DNA of 37,212 nucleotides from a virus (lineage: Duplodnaviria > Caudoviricetes), in IMG/VR virus record IMGVR_UViG_3300030109_000534, positions 1-37,212 of that record. One strand, written 5' to 3'. Positions within the stretch are counted from its first letter, which is position 1; each line of letters begins with the position of its first letter. Positions 34,337-37,212 of this stretch are shown one piece after another. Under the pieces are notes generated by a model. The model was not told the DNA's origin, did not search any database, and worked only from the letters and a program-made list of their open reading frames with translations. Both the position numbers and the translations under genes were made by a program.

Positions 34337-34443
34337 TTAATTGCTTTGCTTAATGTCTTTGCTTGTTTTTTGTGTGATGCAGACGCTTTTTTTAAACCTT
34401 TAATAACTTTTTTTATTGTTTTAACTTTTTTCTTTTTCATCAT
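34333..34443 (-). CDS. 36-aa Lys-rich peptide (not in ORF track)
   Basis: MMKKKKVKTIKKVIKGLKKASASHKKQAKTLSKAIK*; TAATG and ATGA coupling on either side. Confidence 0.75.
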   Translation of the reverse strand: MMKKKKVKTIKKVIKGLKKASASHKKQAKTLSKAIK

Positions 34444-34697
34444 TACATCATTCTCCTACGTTCAGTTCGTGATCCTCCACCTAACACAGTTCTTCCCACA
34501 TTAGCTTCATTCTCTAATCCTCTAGGACTTGTCATTATAGTGCTTTGCCCACCATAACCAGATCCCATGGGAGCAGCACTTGGTGTTGCCATTGCAGATG
34601 TTGTTGTTGGTTGTGCTGCTTGCTGTACTACTGGCGCAACAGATTTTGGCCTACTACCACCAAAAGCTCTATTTATTGTTTTTGCTATGCCGCCCAT
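34443..34697 (-). CDS. Small virion protein, paralogue of 33705-33917
   Basis: MGG start; IMTSPRGLENEANVGRTVLG. Confidence 0.7.
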   Translation of the reverse strand: MGGIAKTINRAFGGSRPKSVAPVVQQAAQPTTTSAMATPSAAPMGSGYGGQSTIMTSPRGLENEANVGRTVLGGGSRTERRRMM

Positions 34698-34703
34698 TTT
34701 TTC

Positions 34704-36119
34704 CTACATAAATACGTTAAAACTACTATCTGATTCTAATTGCACAGGCTCGTAATCTTTTATTCTAGCTTTTCTTACAGACATAACCGCGTAACGCATT
34801 GCAGATATAACATCATCATGTTTTGTTACAATTTTACCGTCTTTACGGTGATACATCCGTAACTCTTCTAATAATTTACTCTGATTATTAAAAATTTTCA
34901 ATCTATTTGTCATTAAACGCGTGTATATCTCCTGTACGCCTGCCTCAACAGAGTTACCACCACTGCCTTCTTTTTGTCCTTGCTGTGGTGGATTGCTAAA
35001 ATGTTCTCGTGTCATGTTCACGCCTTCAGATCTGTATTGTTCTGTTAATGATTTACCAGATCCTTTATCTGCTTGCCTACCGTCCATAGGCCACATTACA
35101 GGTATCCAGTTACCTTTTGATTTTATGGCACTAGCATGTATAGGTACAGCTTCTTGCGACATTGCATAAGTGTCGTATATATAAATAATATCACTATCTC
35201 TATCCCACGCTATCCACGCAGCAGCTGTAGGGTGATCCCAACCAAAATCTATACCACAAATTCTAGGCCAGTATGTTGGTATTTCTATTGGATCGCATAC
35301 CATCTGTGATTCTGGCAAAGGAAAAACAAGACCACTACCTAATTGTGGTATGCCTTGTTCACGCATCTTACGTTCGTGTGGTGGCAGCGCAGCAAGTATT
35401 TGATCGCGCACCGTGTCAGTCATATGTGGTGCATCATCCCATCCAGCTTGTATAAGTGCTTGCCCATCCCGAAGATCATTAACAAACTGCGCTACCGTTT
35501 CTGTCATACCATTTTCTGGCGTAAAAGTCATGTAAACAATACCACCTTTGTCGGCAGTACGTGTCAGACTTTGTGTGTAGATAGATGATGGTGGCTCTTC
35601 GTCTAGCCATATAACATCAAGACTTTCTCCCATCCATTTTTCTTTGCCCATCTCGTATGCTTTGAACGCCAACCTAGACCAGCCACCTGTTATGTGTTTT
35701 ATAACAAGACTGTTCATAGCATTTGGCACTCCAGCTTTCCTCACTGTTTCTCCTATATATTTTAGTGGTATACTTCCTGTGCCTCTTGCAGATGGATCGT
35801 CTGGTTGCCCTACTAATTCTTTTTGACATATATCTCTAGTCGTTTCGTTAGACGCGCCACCTGCCCACGCTCTGATAGGCCGATTAAAACGCCTGCCATT
35901 CCACCAATCTGGATATTGTCCTGTTAAATGAAACGCCATTTCCATTGCTCCGCAAAAAGATTTGCCGATTCTGTTACCTGCCATCAACAAACGCTGCTGT
36001 GCAATTGCATTGTGAAATTTTTTTTGGTATTCGTAAGGCTCATAGAACGCCATGCGATTTGTATCCTTGCGATACTGTAACTCTCTGGCTATTTCTACTG
36101 CTCTTTCTATATCATTCAT
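34704..36119 (-). CDS. terL: Terminase large subunit (P22-like)
   Basis: MAGNRIGKS Walker A, FHLTG.YP, IWLDEEP, TFTPENG, GIDFGWDHP, DDVISAMRY. Confidence 0.95.
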   Translation of the reverse strand: MNDIERAVEIARELQYRKDTNRMAFYEPYEYQKKFHNAIAQQRLLMAGNRIGKSFCGAMEMAFHLTGQYPDWWNGRRFNRPIRAWAGGASNETTRDICQKELVGQPDDPSARGTGSIPLKYIGETVRKAGVPNAMNSLVIKHITGGWSRLAFKAYEMGKEKWMGESLDVIWLDEEPPSSIYTQSLTRTADKGGIVYMTFTPENGMTETVAQFVNDLRDGQALIQAGWDDAPHMTDTVRDQILAALPPHERKMREQGIPQLGSGLVFPLPESQMVCDPIEIPTYWPRICGIDFGWDHPTAAAWIAWDRDSDIIYIYDTYAMSQEAVPIHASAIKSKGNWIPVMWPMDGRQADKGSGKSLTEQYRSEGVNMTREHFSNPPQQGQKEGSGGNSVEAGVQEIYTRLMTNRLKIFNNQSKLLEELRMYHRKDGKIVTKHDDVISAMRYAVMSVRKARIKDYEPVQLESDSSFNVFM

Positions 36120-36403
36120 AGTTTTTCCAAGTCATCACTGTGTACCATTACCCAAAAACCTTTGCGATTCTTTTCACAAAGACATATTACAGGTGTTTTG
36201 TTTTCTAAATCAGCTAATTGTTTTGTATCATCCCACAAAGTAACAGCAGTATGCTTGGCGCGTAGCTTACATTCTATAAATAAGTCGTCATGTATGACAT
36301 CAGCGCGTGTAATTTTGCCATTACCTCCAGATAAAGGTGTTCTTGTGCCACCAAAAAACTCTGCAACCTTCCGCTCTCGTTGTTTCCACGCTTTATCAGC
36401 CAT
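36116..36403 (-). CDS. Hjc-like PD-(D/E)xK resolvase/nuclease
   Basis: ER.VA...R.PLSGG...ADV...FIECK. Confidence 0.75.
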   Translation of the reverse strand: MADKAWKQRERKVAEFFGGTRTPLSGGNGKITRADVIHDDLFIECKLRAKHTAVTLWDDTKQLADLENKTPVICLCEKNRKGFWVMVHSDDLEKL

Positions 36404-36409
36404 ATTTGT

Positions 36410-36458
36410 AGATTAACTTAACGTTATAGCCATGTCAAGCACGTTAACAAATGTTAAT
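36410..36458 (-). promoter_or_regulatory. Late-operon promoter with TTAAC palindrome upstream
   Basis: TTGACA(36438-36433)-17-TAATCT(36415-36410); TTAACAAATGTTAA 36444-36457. Confidence 0.65.
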
Positions 36459-36504
36459 GTTAAAAAAGGCCCACCGCTGTACGGATTGATCCATTGTAAT
36501 ATGG

Positions 36505-36628
36505 CAAACAAATATTGTTTGGGGGGTGGGGGGTCAAAATTTAGGGTCAGATATGTGCGCGTACTTTATATATATATGCGCGCTGGGGCGCTGGCAATTT
36601 GCTGGGCGCGTGTGGGTGTGTGCGCGCC
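36505..36628. other. GC-rich non-coding element, candidate packaging (pac/terminus) region
   Basis: G6-T-G6-TCAAAA, (TA)n run, GCGCG inverted repeats, between terS and late promoter. Confidence 0.4.
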
Positions 36629-36649
36629 ACCATTATCAAGGCACTTGGA

Positions 36650-37048
36650 TCAGTGTTCAGTGGTCTTAATATTTTGTAGGAGGTGGTTTAGTTCTTGCTG
36701 TAGTTCATCATCACTCTTATGCTTAGTTACATCTTCCACTTTATGTATAGTTTGGTAACCAGTTCTATCAAGTATTGAGTTGATTGCACCCAGCTTGACT
36801 GACGCGTTGACCTTATCATCTACTATTAGACTTTGGAGCTTATCTATTGCCAGTGGCACTGATGACGCTAACACCTGTTTTGTGGCGTGATCTATCTCAG
36901 TGGCGAGCTTCTTTTTTAACTCATAGCCTTGCTGTTCAGCAGTAGCAGGACTATACCCTGACGCGATCGCTGACTTAGTTGCGTTGCCAGTTTTACTAAA
37001 GTTTTCTACAAATGCTTTTTGCTTATCAGTTAAGGTTTTACCAGTCAT
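36650..37048 (-). CDS. terS: Terminase small subunit
   Basis: LTDKQKAFV...GNATKSAIASGYS..TA..QG.EL HTH. Confidence 0.85.
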   Translation of the reverse strand: MTGKTLTDKQKAFVENFSKTGNATKSAIASGYSPATAEQQGYELKKKLATEIDHATKQVLASSVPLAIDKLQSLIVDDKVNASVKLGAINSILDRTGYQTIHKVEDVTKHKSDDELQQELNHLLQNIKTTEH

Positions 37049-37090
37049 ATAACTACCTTACTACCTTAAGTATGTTAACTTCAATATATT

Positions 37091-37139
37091 TTAATTGATT
37101 ATTAACTTGTTAGCTGGTATAACATTAACTATCGTTAAC
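37091..37139 (+). promoter_or_regulatory. Early promoter with TTAA boxes
   Basis: TTGATT(37095)-17-TGgTATAAC(37118-37123); TTAA-N7-TTAAC 37091-37106; TTAACTATCGTTAAC 37125-37139. Confidence 0.65.
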
Positions 37140-37212
37140 AATGGAGGCTTTAGCTATGTTTAAATTATACAGTAACTTAGTTAGTAGGCTGGCGTTCTGG
37201 GGCGCAGTCATT
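37114..37212. repeat. Terminal direct repeat, copy 2
   Basis: identical to 1-99. Confidence 0.95.

Noticed and set aside
16111-35826. Numerous short antisense or alternative-frame ORFs within late genes
   Set aside because: They overlap well-supported structural genes and lack recognisable motifs.
36432-36758. + strand 108-aa ORF
   Set aside because: Runs through low-complexity regulatory DNA and antisense to terS; no SD.
37114-37212. 99-bp repeat as a physical terminal repeat
   Set aside because: Length matches a common assembler k-mer and it cuts through a promoter and gene; more likely a circularisation overlap.

Overview
The window is an apparently complete, circularly assembled ~37.1 kb AT-rich dsDNA phage genome (positions 1-99 repeat at 37114-37212). 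It has a podovirus-type (BPP-1/T7-like) virion module and a P22-type headful terminase, and overall resembles marine HTVC010P-like podoviruses; the host is not determinable here. Layout: + strand early genes (43-3099); a - strand replication operon (DUF1376-type protein, RepB-type primase, SF2 helicase, Ref-like nuclease); a Cro-like regulator divergent from SSB-like and PD-(D/E)xK nuclease genes; a nucleotide-metabolism and small-basic-protein patch; and a long - strand late operon (terminase, portal, scaffold, capsid, tail tube, internal virion proteins, tail fibre, membrane/secreted cluster). I recognised no DNA or RNA polymerase, integrase, CI repressor, methyltransferase, tRNA or endolysin. 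Best leads: (i) a holin-containing cassette with exported Cys-rich and acidic-repeat proteins but no endolysin; (ii) a capsid-gene leader with mutually exclusive RNA structures; (iii) a TTAAC-N4-RTTAA operator recurring at promoters; (iv) a GNAT flanked by paralogous MG-start virion peptides; (v) a phosphoesterase/NDT-like/MazG-like trio. All family assignments are from motif recognition by eye, not database searches.
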